DNA of 64,000 nt, taken from the NCBI GenBank assembly GCA_965248195.1, contig CBDFIQ010000002.1, forward strand, positions 1,408,001 through 1,472,000, read 5' to 3'. Origin of the DNA: Longimicrobiales bacterium. Lineage in GTDB: Bacteria > Gemmatimonadota > Gemmatimonadetes > Longimicrobiales > Gaopeijiaceae. This document shows positions 18,284 through 28,052 of this stretch, piece after piece. Under the pieces are notes generated by a model. That model was not told the DNA's origin. It ran no database searches and was given only the letters and a program-made list of their open reading frames with translations. A program made the position numbers and the translations under genes. The stretch's first letter is position 1; every line of letters begins with the position of its first letter.

Positions 18284-20493
18284 GTCGGGACGAAACAGCA
18301 ACCGATGCTGAACGCCGTGGCGAGAGCAGGCCCGTCCCCTTGGATTCCGCGCCCCATGGATCGGATTCGGAGACGAGCATAGGGCCCGGTGGGGCGAGCC
18401 CGGCCACCTCGGTACACTGGCTGGCCCGGGTTGCGGAGAGGGCAGGGCTCGAGGGAAAGCGTCCGACTATCGCTCCCGATATGGCCGCAAAGGAAGCGTG
18501 GCCGGTCGTGACCCGAACGTACAAGATAGGGGACTCCCGGCTTTGCGAGTTAGTGTCCACCTATTTCCGGCTGGATATCGCCGATTTCGGGGAGCGTGAC
18601 CCGAATGCGCCTCTTCTCGTGCCGGAGCTATTGGCACGGAGGTACCACGTCTATCCCCTCTACGAGACCGATAAGCACCTGCTCGTCGCCACGTGTGACC
18701 CCACCCAAGTGGAAGCGGAGCGCGCCCTGGGGTTCAGCACGGGAAGAACCACCGTATTCCAGGTGGCCTCTCCCAGGGCTATCCAGGAGATCCTCGACGA
18801 CCGCTTTTCGCCTGAGGTGGCCATCGATTCCCTCCTCGATGGCTTCGATGTCGATGATCTCGACGGCGACGCGGTCAAACTCGTGGAAGAGATGGGGCCC
18901 GAGTCCATCTCTTCGGAAGACGCCGAAGCGACCCCGGTCGTGAGGCTCACGAATCTCATCATTCGCGACGCCATCGCGCAGGTTGCTTCCGACATCCACA
19001 TCGAACCCGGCCGCCGCGTCGGCGTGATTCGGTACCGGGTCGACGGTGTCCTCAGAAAGCACATGGACCTTCCGATGGCGGCGATGAACCGCGTGATTTC
19101 ACGCATTAAGATTCTGGCCCGGCTCGATATTGCGGATCGGCTTCGCCCCCAGGACGGCAAGGCGCACGTCCGAGTCCAGAATCTGGCCTACGACCTGCGC
19201 GTGTCCACGATCCCGGCAGGAAGGGCCCATGAGAAGTGCGTCATCCGAATTCTGGACTCGAACGCCGAGGAAACCCTCGACGACCTGTCCCTTCCGTCCT
19301 ACGAGTTGGACCGCCTGCGGCAGCTCATCAAGCTCAGGGAGGGGATCGTGCTGGTGACGGGCCCAACGGGGTCGGGGAAGACGACCACCCTCTACGGCGC
19401 GTTACGCGAGATGGCCGACGGTAAGGTCAACATCATGACCGTCGAGGATCCGATCGAATACGAGCTCGCACAGATTACACAGACGCAGGTGGAAACGAAG
19501 CAGGGAGTCACCTTTGGCGCCGCCCTCCGGGCTATTCTCAGGCAGGATCCCGACGTCATCCTGGTAGGAGAGATTCGAGACCAAGAGACCGCCGAAACGG
19601 CTTCGCATGCCGCGATGACGGGCCACCTCGTGCTTGCCACCGTACACGCGAACGACGCGGTGAGCGCCGTAGGCAGGTTGGCCGCCATTGGCCTGCCGTT
19701 CAGCACGATCGCCTCCACCTTGAGGGGTGCCATCGCTCAACGCCTCTTGCGGCGGATTTGTCCGACCTGCGCCGAGCCAGTACGCGGAGAGTTGACGCCG
19801 GAGGAGCAGCGCATGACCGAGCATCATGAGGTCGAACCGGTGGTGCGGGCCGTGGGTTGTAATGAATGTGGATTCACCGGCTATAAGGGTCGCATTCCGG
19901 TGAACGAAGTCATGGTTGCCGGGCCACGGTTTCTGGCCGCCGTGGAAGCCCGAAAGGGATGGCAGACGCTCCACCGCATCGCGATCCAGAGCGGCATGCG
20001 CCCGATGCATCAGGTGGCGCTGGACTGGGTAATAAAAAGCAAGACCACGCTGGTCGAGATCGAGAGGGCGCTCGGGACGCACAAACCGGGAGAGGAAATC
20101 AAAGAGGACACCGGCCCGACCCGGATCCTGGTGGTCGATGACGACGAGGAAGCCCGGCTCATGGCGGCGAGCATACTCGAAATGGAAGGGTTCCAGGTAT
20201 CGATGGCCAAGGACGGGTACGAGGCCATGGAGCGGCTCAAGGCCGACCCGAACTTCAGCCTGGTGATCTTGGACCTGACGATGCCCGGTATGGACGGCCG
20301 CAAGGTGCTCGACCGCATTCGTGGGTCGAAGGACACCGCGGCCATCCCGGTGCTGATCAGCACCAACTTCGGAGGAGACGACGTGGAGACCGAACTTCTC
20401 GAAGCCGGTGCGGACGACTTTCTCGAGAAGACCGGCGATGCCAAGCGGTTTCTCGCGAGGGTCAAGGCCGTCCTTCGCCGTGCGGTAATGTAG
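18280..20493 (+). CDS. GspE/PilB family ATPase with C-terminal receiver domain
   Basis: ASDIHIEP, RYRVDG, GPTGSGKTT, TVEDPIE, LRQDPDVILVGEIRD, TGHLV, CPTC/CNEC zinc motif; then ILVVDDD...LDLTMPGMDG...LEK. Confidence 0.92.
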   Translation: MSRDETATDAERRGESRPVPLDSAPHGSDSETSIGPGGASPATSVHWLARVAERAGLEGKRPTIAPDMAAKEAWPVVTRTYKIGDSRLCELVSTYFRLDIADFGERDPNAPLLVPELLARRYHVYPLYETDKHLLVATCDPTQVEAERALGFSTGRTTVFQVASPRAIQEILDDRFSPEVAIDSLLDGFDVDDLDGDAVKLVEEMGPESISSEDAEATPVVRLTNLIIRDAIAQVASDIHIEPGRRVGVIRYRVDGVLRKHMDLPMAAMNRVISRIKILARLDIADRLRPQDGKAHVRVQNLAYDLRVSTIPAGRAHEKCVIRILDSNAEETLDDLSLPSYELDRLRQLIKLREGIVLVTGPTGSGKTTTLYGALREMADGKVNIMTVEDPIEYELAQITQTQVETKQGVTFGAALRAILRQDPDVILVGEIRDQETAETASHAAMTGHLVLATVHANDAVSAVGRLAAIGLPFSTIASTLRGAIAQRLLRRICPTCAEPVRGELTPEEQRMTEHHEVEPVVRAVGCNECGFTGYKGRIPVNEVMVAGPRFLAAVEARKGWQTLHRIAIQSGMRPMHQVALDWVIKSKTTLVEIERALGTHKPGEEIKEDTGPTRILVVDDDEEARLMAASILEMEGFQVSMAKDGYEAMERLKADPNFSLVILDLTMPGMDGRKVLDRIRGSKDTAAIPVLISTNFGGDDVETELLEAGADDFLEKTGDAKRFLARVKAVLRRAVM

Positions 20494-20661
20494 AGGCTCA
20501 GCCGGCGATATGACCGGCTCCTGAAATTGCGGCTCCGGGCCGCCTGAATGGCCCGTGTCCGGAACCGTGGCAGGCCATGAAACGGTAGATTGACAGGCGT
20601 GGCCCGGCCCTGCGAGGTTACTGGGCTTTGAAGCGGTCATTACCCCAGCCGGACCGTCCTG

Positions 20662-22284
20662 ATGTTCACATCCTTACGAGCCCGTATCATCGTCATTCTC
20701 GCGTTGGTCGGCGTCAGCATAGGATACCTGGTCACCAATCAGATCAAGCTGGGCCTGGATCTCCAGGGCGGAATGCACCTCGTCCTCGAGGTAAACGATC
20801 CCGAGGGCACGATGACGTCCGAGGCCGTTGCCGACGCCATCGACCGGGCCGAGCGCATCCTGCGTACCCGCATCGATGAGTTCGGCGTAGAGGAGCCACT
20901 CGTCCAGAAGGTAGGGTCCGACCGCATCATCGTGGAGCTCCCGGGAATCGGACTCGACGACGAGAGTCGGGCGAAGGATCTAATTCAACAGTCGGCGTTC
21001 CTCGAGTTCAAGCTCGTGCTTCCGGTAACGGAGCTGCAGTCGGCACTAGCCCGGATCGACCGCCAGATTGTCGCGGCGGTGGGTCTGGAAGAGCTTCGGT
21101 TGCTCGGCCGGGATGAGGAAGGCCCTGGTCAGGACATTCAGAACCTCATTTTCGGCGGCCAGAGCGCGGACTCCGCCCAGGCGGATAGCACCGGGGTGGA
21201 AGAGGAACCCGTAGAAGAGGATCAATCGGTCAACCTCAGTCCCCTCACGTCGCTACTGCTTTCGGGAGACGTCGAGGGCGCCTATCTGGTCGCGACGGAG
21301 GACGTGGAGGTGGCCGAGCGATTCCTCGCGCTATCCGAGGTCCAGCGGGCTCTGCCCAGAAACGTATCACTCCACTGGGAAGCGGACCCGATCGGTCTCG
21401 GGCAGAGAACCTACCGCCGCCTGTACGTCACTGAAGAAGATTCGTTCGTGACCGGAGAGATGCTGGAGGATGCGACCGCGCAGCGGGACCCGCAGTTCAA
21501 CCAGCCCCAGGTAGCGTTCGAGTTCAACAGGGCGGGTGGCCGGCGCTTCTCGAATTTCACCACGGTACACATCGGCGATTACATCGCCATCGTGCTGGAC
21601 GATGAGATCGTGAGCGCGCCCGTGGTACAAGATCGCATCGGGGCCAGCGGCGTCATCAATATGGGCAATGCCGACATGGTCGAAGCGGCAGACCTCGCGT
21701 TGGTGCTCCGGGCGGGTGCGTTGCCCGCGCGTCTGGAGATCATGGAGGAGCGGACGGTTGGACCGTCGCTCGGGCAGGACTCCATCGACCGGGGCCAGAT
21801 CGCGGGCATCATCGGGATGGTCCTCGTGATCCTCATCATGACCCTTTACTACCGCGTGGTGGGGATCCTGGCTGTAATGGCCCTGGGTGTGTACCTCGTG
21901 TTGGTCTTGGGTGGCCTTTCGGCGTTCGGCGCTACGCTGACGCTCCCAGGGATGGCGGGCCTGATTCTGTCTGTCGGTATGGCCGTGGACGCAAACGTGC
22001 TCATCTTCGAACGGATCCGGGAGGAATTGATCCTCGGGCGAGCTACCCGGACGGCGGTGGACGAGGGCTTCGCCCATGCGTTGTCCGCGATCGTCGATGC
22101 GAATATTACGACCCTCATCACCGCGCTCATCCTCTTCCAGTTCGGGACCGGGCCCGTGAAGGGCTTCGCCGTGACCCTTTCAATCGGGATCGTTGCCTCG
22201 TTCTTCTCGGCCCTGTACGTGACACGAACCTTCTTCCTCATCTACCTGTCGGGGAAGAAGGCATCAGACCCGATCAGCATCTGA
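20662..22284 (+). CDS. secD: Protein translocase subunit SecD
   Basis: LGLDLQGG, LRAGALPA, VGPSLG, GMAVDANVLIFERIREE. Confidence 0.97.
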   Translation: MFTSLRARIIVILALVGVSIGYLVTNQIKLGLDLQGGMHLVLEVNDPEGTMTSEAVADAIDRAERILRTRIDEFGVEEPLVQKVGSDRIIVELPGIGLDDESRAKDLIQQSAFLEFKLVLPVTELQSALARIDRQIVAAVGLEELRLLGRDEEGPGQDIQNLIFGGQSADSAQADSTGVEEEPVEEDQSVNLSPLTSLLLSGDVEGAYLVATEDVEVAERFLALSEVQRALPRNVSLHWEADPIGLGQRTYRRLYVTEEDSFVTGEMLEDATAQRDPQFNQPQVAFEFNRAGGRRFSNFTTVHIGDYIAIVLDDEIVSAPVVQDRIGASGVINMGNADMVEAADLALVLRAGALPARLEIMEERTVGPSLGQDSIDRGQIAGIIGMVLVILIMTLYYRVVGILAVMALGVYLVLVLGGLSAFGATLTLPGMAGLILSVGMAVDANVLIFERIREELILGRATRTAVDEGFAHALSAIVDANITTLITALILFQFGTGPVKGFAVTLSIGIVASFFSALYVTRTFFLIYLSGKKASDPISI

Positions 22285-22294
22285 GACGGATTCC

Positions 22295-23251
22295 ATGAGA
22301 CTGTTCGACCAAGCCAAATACAGGTTCATCCGAAACCGACGCAGGGCCTACGTGGTCTCCGGTACCCTGATCCTCGCCGGGCTCGCAGGGATGATCTTCA
22401 ATGTCTTCAGCATCGGAAGTTGGCAGAACTACGGGGTGGACTTCACTGGCGGTTCACTGATCCAGGTACAGTTCCACCAGCCTGCTACGGCCGCGCAGCT
22501 CCGGGCGGCCCTCGGTGGCTCGCAGGCGCCGCCTATCACACGTTTCGGTGAGGAAAACGAGTTTACGATCCGTGCACCGCTCGGGGATGCCACCGTCGAG
22601 ACCATACGGGCCCGCTTCGAGAGCCAACTCAGCACCGCATTCGCGAATGACGCGTTCACCATCGTGCGGACCGAGACCGTGGGACCGAAGATCGGAGCCG
22701 AGCTCCAGCGGAATGCGGCTCTGGCCATTCTGTTCTCTTTTGTTTTGACGCTTCTCTATATTGCGATGCGGTTCGAGCTTCGCTTCGGCTTGGCTGCGGT
22801 GATCGCGACGGTGCACGACATTCTGATCACACTTGGCTTCCTGGCGCTGTTCAGGGTCGAGATCGCGCTGCCCACGGTGGCGGCCATCCTGACGATTGTC
22901 GGGTATTCGCTGAACGACACCATCGTCGTGTTCGATCGCGTTCGGGAGAATCTCAACGCCAAGGGCGGCCGGCGGCAGGATCCGGTGGAGCTCGTGAACC
23001 ACTCGGTCAACGAGACACTACCTCGGACGGTGCTCACATCCGGGACGACGCTCGCGGTCCTGGGGTCTCTCCTCGTCGTAGGTGGTGCGGTGATCCGCGA
23101 CTTCACCGTGGTGTTGATGCTGGGCGTCACGATCGGGACGTATTCTTCCATCTTCGTGGCTTCGCCGGCCTTGCTCGAGATCCAGAAGCGTTTTGGCGAC
23201 GGCACTGCGAGCCGCGAGCGCAGAAAGCGCAGGGCCCAGGCGACCACCTAG
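22295..23251 (+). CDS. secF: Protein translocase subunit SecF
   Basis: GVDFTGG, VGPKIG, GYSLNDTIVVFDRVREN, GTYSSIFVASP. Confidence 0.97.
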   Translation: MRLFDQAKYRFIRNRRRAYVVSGTLILAGLAGMIFNVFSIGSWQNYGVDFTGGSLIQVQFHQPATAAQLRAALGGSQAPPITRFGEENEFTIRAPLGDATVETIRARFESQLSTAFANDAFTIVRTETVGPKIGAELQRNAALAILFSFVLTLLYIAMRFELRFGLAAVIATVHDILITLGFLALFRVEIALPTVAAILTIVGYSLNDTIVVFDRVRENLNAKGGRRQDPVELVNHSVNETLPRTVLTSGTTLAVLGSLLVVGGAVIRDFTVVLMLGVTIGTYSSIFVASPALLEIQKRFGDGTASRERRKRRAQATT

Positions 23252-23286
23252 GGCCAGGCGACCACCTAGGGCCAGGCGACTACCTA
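23233..23286. repeat. 3 x 18-bp tandem repeat gggccaggcgaccaccta spanning the secF stop codon
   Basis: Units at 23233-23250, 23251-23268 and 23269-23286. Confidence 0.9.
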
Positions 23287-23295
23287 ACCAGAGCC

Positions 23296-24060
23296 GTGTT
23301 CGACAGTCACTGCCATCTCACAGACGGCCGCTTCGACACGGATCGGGCGGCCGTTCTCGATGCGGCGTTGGAGGCGGGGGTCACCCGGATGGTTACGGTC
23401 GCTTCGGATCTCGAGGATGCCAGGGCCGCTGCGGAGCTCGCGGAGGGTCATCCGGCCCTCTGGTCGACGGCGGGCATTCATCCCCACGAGGTTTCTGAGG
23501 CCGCGGACGCCGACCTCGAGGCGGTCCGGGAGCTCGCCGCTACGCACCCCGAAGTCGTCGCCATCGGCGAGACCGGCCTGGATTACTTCTACGATCATTC
23601 GCCTCGGCGGCTCCAACGCCGCTGGTTCGAGGCGCACCTGGAACTCGCCGCGGGTCTCGATCTTCCGATCGTGATTCACACCCGTGAAGCGGAAGACGAT
23701 ACGATTTCGGTGCTACGGAACGCTCCCGAATCGGTTCGCAAGGTGCTCCACTGCTTTACCGGGAGCATGAAGTTGTTGGAGGTGGGGCTGGAGGAGGGTT
23801 GTTACGTGTCGTTTGCGGGGATCATTACATTCTCCAAGTTCGACGGTCAGGCCGCCGTACGGGCGGTCCCGGGAGGTTGGCTGCTCGCCGAGACGGACGC
23901 GCCGTACCTGGCGCCGGTTCCGCGTCGGGGAAAACGGAACGAGCCGGCCTTGGTAACGCATGTGGTGGCGGCGCTCGCCGACATTCGGGGCGAAGACGTG
24001 GGAGTGGTCGCGGAGGCCACGGCGGAGAACGCCGAACGATTCTACGCGCTCCGGCCTTGA
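23296..24060 (+). CDS. tatD: TatD family DNase
   Basis: FDSHCHL, GIHPH, IGETGLDY, HTREA, HCFTG, ETDAPYLAP. Confidence 0.95.
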   Translation: MFDSHCHLTDGRFDTDRAAVLDAALEAGVTRMVTVASDLEDARAAAELAEGHPALWSTAGIHPHEVSEAADADLEAVRELAATHPEVVAIGETGLDYFYDHSPRRLQRRWFEAHLELAAGLDLPIVIHTREAEDDTISVLRNAPESVRKVLHCFTGSMKLLEVGLEEGCYVSFAGIITFSKFDGQAAVRAVPGGWLLAETDAPYLAPVPRRGKRNEPALVTHVVAALADIRGEDVGVVAEATAENAERFYALRP

Positions 24061-24085
24061 AGGGTGTGGCTGCCCATGAGTGAAT

Positions 24086-25936
24086 ATGCCGCGCACGATT
24101 GAAGTCCTTCCGGATCTGGTGGCGAACCAGATCGCCGCCGGTGAAGTGGTAGAGCGGCCCGCGTCCGTCGTAAAGGAACTGGTCGAAAACGCCCTCGACG
24201 CCCGGGCGACACGCATCGACATCGACATCGAGCGTGGTGGCAAGCGACGCATCCGGGTGACTGACGACGGGGTCGGCATGGGCCGGGAAGACGCGCTTCT
24301 TTCTCTCGACAGGCATGCCACCAGCAAGATCCGCGCTGCCGTCGATCTCCAATCGGTGGGGACCTTCGGCTTCCGGGGAGAAGCGTTGCCCTCCATCGCC
24401 GCGGTGGCGCGCATGACGCTCGAAACCAGGGGAGACCCCGACCCAGTGGGCACCCGGGTTCGCGTGAAGGGTGGGACGATCACGGGGGTCGAGGACGTTC
24501 CTCGTAGGCGGGGCACGACCGTCGAGATCTCCGACCTGTTCTTCAACGCACCCGCCCGGTCAAAGTTTCTGAAGGCGGTTGGGGCGGAGGCCCGCGCCGT
24601 GAGTGACGTGGTGAGCCTTCTGGCCCTTGCCAACGCGTCGGTCGGCTTCGGCCTCACCTCCGGTGGCCGGATCCTACTCGAACTTCCTCCGGCCGCGGAT
24701 CTGACGGCCCGCGTTGCTGCTCTTTGGGGGAGGGAAGCGGCCACCACGCTGATCGCCCTCTCCACCGAATCCGAGGGTGTTCAGGTGCGCGGTCTGATCC
24801 AACGGCCGGATGCGGCCAAGAGCGGGTTTCGGCGTGCTCACCTCTTCGTAAACGGGAGACCCTTTCGCAGCCGTCCACTCCTCTCGGCGGTCGATCGCGG
24901 GTATCGCACCACGATCCCGGAGAGGGTACGGCCGTGGGCGTTCCTCTACCTCCGGATGCCGCCCGGAACCGTGGATATGAACGTACATCCGGCCAAGGCC
25001 GAGGTGCGTTTCCGGGACGCGGCGGCGGTCGAGTCCTTCGTCGAGGAAGCGGTGCGGGTGGGTCTGACGTCGGAGGCGAGCGCCGCCACCCTGGACACAC
25101 AACTGGTCCCTCCCCAACTGCTGGTCCGAGAACCGAGTCCCCCACGGCCCAGTAGGAAGTCCGAGGTGGAGAGCCAGACCGCCATGTTCCTTTCGGCCGA
25201 CGCCGCGCTGCCGTCGAGCACGGCGCCCCCTTTGGGCACGGCACCCTCTTCGGGCTCGGCAGCGACGGGTGCCGCACCTGCCCGCGAAGCAGTGACGCCT
25301 GGCGTTTCTGCTCGCAAAGACGTACCGGGTGACGCATCTGCCGATCCTATCCCGGTGGTCGAGGAGCGGCCTCGCCTCTGGCAGGTGCTGAACACTTACG
25401 TGCTCGCGGAGACGCGCGAGGGTCTGATCATCATCGACCAGCACTCGGCACACGAGCGAATCCTGTTCGAGCGCCTGAGCCGAGCCTTCGAGGCGAGCGG
25501 GGAGACCGGCCAGAGGCTCCTCTTCCCGCTCACCATTCGCCTCGCCAAGGCCGAATACGAACAAGTGCAGGCCCTGACTGGCATCCTGGACCGTGTGGGC
25601 TTTGAGGTCGAGGGCTTCGGTGGCAACACGATCATCGTGCACGCGGTTCCGGATCCACATCCCTACTTCGACCCTGAGCGCTGCCTCAGGGAGATGATCG
25701 ACGAGCTGGTTGAGGGTTCGGATCTCACGCGCTCTGCAAAGAACCAGCACGAGAAGATCGCCATGACCTTCGCCTGCAAGGGGGCGATCAAGGCCGGCCA
25801 AGGGTTGAGCGAGACCGAGATGCAGGAGTTGTTCGACCAGCTTTTCGCCACGGAGCTGCCCTACCACGACGTGCACGGTCGCCCGACCATCGTCCGTCTG
25901 AGCAAGAGTGAGCTGGAGAGGAAATTCGGGCGGTGA
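24086..25936 (+). CDS. mutL: DNA mismatch repair endonuclease MutL
   Basis: NQIAAGEVVERP, GFRGEAL, DQHSAHER, ACK, HGRP. Confidence 0.97.
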   Translation: MPRTIEVLPDLVANQIAAGEVVERPASVVKELVENALDARATRIDIDIERGGKRRIRVTDDGVGMGREDALLSLDRHATSKIRAAVDLQSVGTFGFRGEALPSIAAVARMTLETRGDPDPVGTRVRVKGGTITGVEDVPRRRGTTVEISDLFFNAPARSKFLKAVGAEARAVSDVVSLLALANASVGFGLTSGGRILLELPPAADLTARVAALWGREAATTLIALSTESEGVQVRGLIQRPDAAKSGFRRAHLFVNGRPFRSRPLLSAVDRGYRTTIPERVRPWAFLYLRMPPGTVDMNVHPAKAEVRFRDAAAVESFVEEAVRVGLTSEASAATLDTQLVPPQLLVREPSPPRPSRKSEVESQTAMFLSADAALPSSTAPPLGTAPSSGSAATGAAPAREAVTPGVSARKDVPGDASADPIPVVEERPRLWQVLNTYVLAETREGLIIIDQHSAHERILFERLSRAFEASGETGQRLLFPLTIRLAKAEYEQVQALTGILDRVGFEVEGFGGNTIIVHAVPDPHPYFDPERCLREMIDELVEGSDLTRSAKNQHEKIAMTFACKGAIKAGQGLSETEMQELFDQLFATELPYHDVHGRPTIVRLSKSELERKFGR

Positions 25937-26862
25937 GAGACTTCCTGGCGATCACGGGGCCGACGACCTCCGGGAAGACGCAGGTCTCGATCGCGGTCGC
26001 CGAGGCGCTGGACGCCGAAATCATCTGCATGGATTCCCGGCAGGTCTACCGGGGGATGGACATCGGTACGGACAAGGTCTCCACGGAAAATCGAGACCGG
26101 GTGCGCCATCACGGCCTCGACCTCCGGGACCCGGACGAGTTCTATAGCGCCGGGCAGTTCGGCCGGAATGCCCGCGGCTGGATCGAAGAGATTTCTGGAC
26201 GAGGGCACGTTCCTCTTTTGGTCGGGGGCACGGGTTTGTTTCTGCGATCCTTGACCCATCCGTTGTTCAAACAGCCGGACATCGACGCGACGCGCCTCGA
26301 AGCGCTTCGTGGCTTCATGGCCAAGCGGCCCGCGACCGAGTTGGAGCGCTGGGTTGGGGCGCTGGACTCCGGCCGCACGGATCTCGCCCGGGAGGGAGGT
26401 CCGCAGCGTCTGGGCCGGACCATCGAGGTGGCGCTCCTTACGGGTCGCCCCCTCTCGTGGTGGCACTCACAGGGCACGCCGGCCCAAGAGCCCCTCGAGG
26501 GTCTTATCGTCGTGCTCGACAAGGACCGTGAGGAACTGGACCGGCGCATCGACGCCCGGGTAACCCGGATGGCGGCCGAGGGGCTGGTCGACGAAGTGAA
26601 GGGCTTGATGGAGAAAGGATATGGGCCGGAGGATCCGGGGATGACCAGCACGGGGTACCGGGAAATCGCCGCCTACATCGGTGGGGACATGACACTGGAG
26701 GAGGCCCTCGACCGAATGCGGTCTCAAACCAGACAGTACGCGCGCCGGCAGCTCACTTGGTTCCGGCACCAGCTACCGGAAGACACGATCAACGTCGATA
26801 CTTCGCGGCCCCTGGACACGCAGGTGGCGGACGTGGTGGCGGCGTGGCGGCTCGAGGACTGA
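25933..26862 (+). CDS. miaA: tRNA dimethylallyltransferase
   Basis: GPTTSGKT, DSRQVYRGMDIGTDK, VGGTGL, YARRQLTWF; follows mutL. Confidence 0.96.
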   Translation: MRDFLAITGPTTSGKTQVSIAVAEALDAEIICMDSRQVYRGMDIGTDKVSTENRDRVRHHGLDLRDPDEFYSAGQFGRNARGWIEEISGRGHVPLLVGGTGLFLRSLTHPLFKQPDIDATRLEALRGFMAKRPATELERWVGALDSGRTDLAREGGPQRLGRTIEVALLTGRPLSWWHSQGTPAQEPLEGLIVVLDKDREELDRRIDARVTRMAAEGLVDEVKGLMEKGYGPEDPGMTSTGYREIAAYIGGDMTLEEALDRMRSQTRQYARRQLTWFRHQLPEDTINVDTSRPLDTQVADVVAAWRLED

Positions 26863-26900
26863 ACGATAAACGGGCCACGACAGGAAGGGCGAATGATCGA

Positions 26901-28052
26901 ATGAAAATCGGGGTGACCTGTTATCCGACCTACGGTGGCTCCGGAGCCGTGGCCACGGCGTTGGGGATCGAGTTTGCCGAGCGGGGTCACGAGATCCATT
27001 TCGTTTCGTACGCTCAGCCTTTCCGCCTGGGACGTTTCCACGAGCGCGTGTTTTTCCACGAAGTGGAGATGGAGCAGTATCCTCTCTTCGAGCATCCGCC
27101 CTACACGTTGGCTCTCGCGGTCGCGCTGCACGACGCCGCGCGCACCCATGATCTGGACCTGATCCACGTGCACTACGCGATTCCCCACGCCACGTCGGCG
27201 TGGATCGCACAGCAGATGCTCGGCAAGGAGGGTCCGCCCGTGGTGACCACCCTCCACGGCACGGATATCACCCTGGTAGGGATCCATCCGTCTTTTCAGG
27301 CGATCACCAGTTTTTCGATCCTCCAGTCGGACGGGATCACCTCGGTATCCCGTTTCCTCAAGGATCAGACCGTCCGGGACTTCGGCGTCGCGGCGGATGA
27401 CATCGAGGTGATTCCGAACTTTCTCGACACGGACGTATACGGGCCCGGCAAGGAGCCCTGCCACCGTGACACGCTCGCGGAGCCGGGGGAGAAGATCTTG
27501 ATGCACGTGTCGAACTTTCGGCCCGTGAAACGCGTCTGGGACGTGGTGAACGTGTTTGCTGGAGTCGCCGAACGCATGCCCGCCCGCTTGATCATGATCG
27601 GCGACGGGCCCGAGCGGCCTCGTGCCATCGAGGCGGCGGAGGCTCTGGGGGTGGGGGATCGTGTCGTCTTCCTGGGCAAGCACGGTGCGGTGGAGGAGCT
27701 CCTGCCGTGCGCCGACCTGTTTCTGTTACCGAGCGGGTCCGAATCCTTCGGCCTCGCGGCACTCGAAGCGATGGCCTCCGGCGCGCCGGTCGTGGCGTCC
27801 AATGCGGGGGGCCTGCCCGAGGTCGTGCCAAACGGCGAGGCGGGATATCTCTTCGAGCCGGGTGACGTGGAAGGCATGACGGGGGGAGCCATAGAGATCT
27901 TGAGTGACCCGGAGCGGTGGAAGGCGTTCAGCGAGGCGGGCCGTGCCGTGGCCGTCGAGCGTTTCTCGGCGGAGCGAGTGGTGCCGATATACGAGAACTT
28001 CTGCGAGCGCGTCATCGAGACGCACAGGCGCAAAGCGGACTCGCGCGAATGA
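26901..28052 (+). CDS. bshA: N-acetyl-alpha-D-glucosaminyl L-malate synthase (GT4)
   Basis: MKIGVTCYPTYGGSG, HVHYAIPHA, TTLHGTDITLVG, HVSNFRPVKR, ESFGLAALEAM. Confidence 0.93.
   Translation: MKIGVTCYPTYGGSGAVATALGIEFAERGHEIHFVSYAQPFRLGRFHERVFFHEVEMEQYPLFEHPPYTLALAVALHDAARTHDLDLIHVHYAIPHATSAWIAQQMLGKEGPPVVTTLHGTDITLVGIHPSFQAITSFSILQSDGITSVSRFLKDQTVRDFGVAADDIEVIPNFLDTDVYGPGKEPCHRDTLAEPGEKILMHVSNFRPVKRVWDVVNVFAGVAERMPARLIMIGDGPERPRAIEAAEALGVGDRVVFLGKHGAVEELLPCADLFLLPSGSESFGLAALEAMASGAPVVASNAGGLPEVVPNGEAGYLFEPGDVEGMTGGAIEILSDPERWKAFSEAGRAVAVERFSAERVVPIYENFCERVIETHRRKADSRE

Noticed and set aside
20589..20620. secD promoter from TTGACA at 20589
   Set aside because: No convincing -10 hexamer at 16-18 bp spacing.
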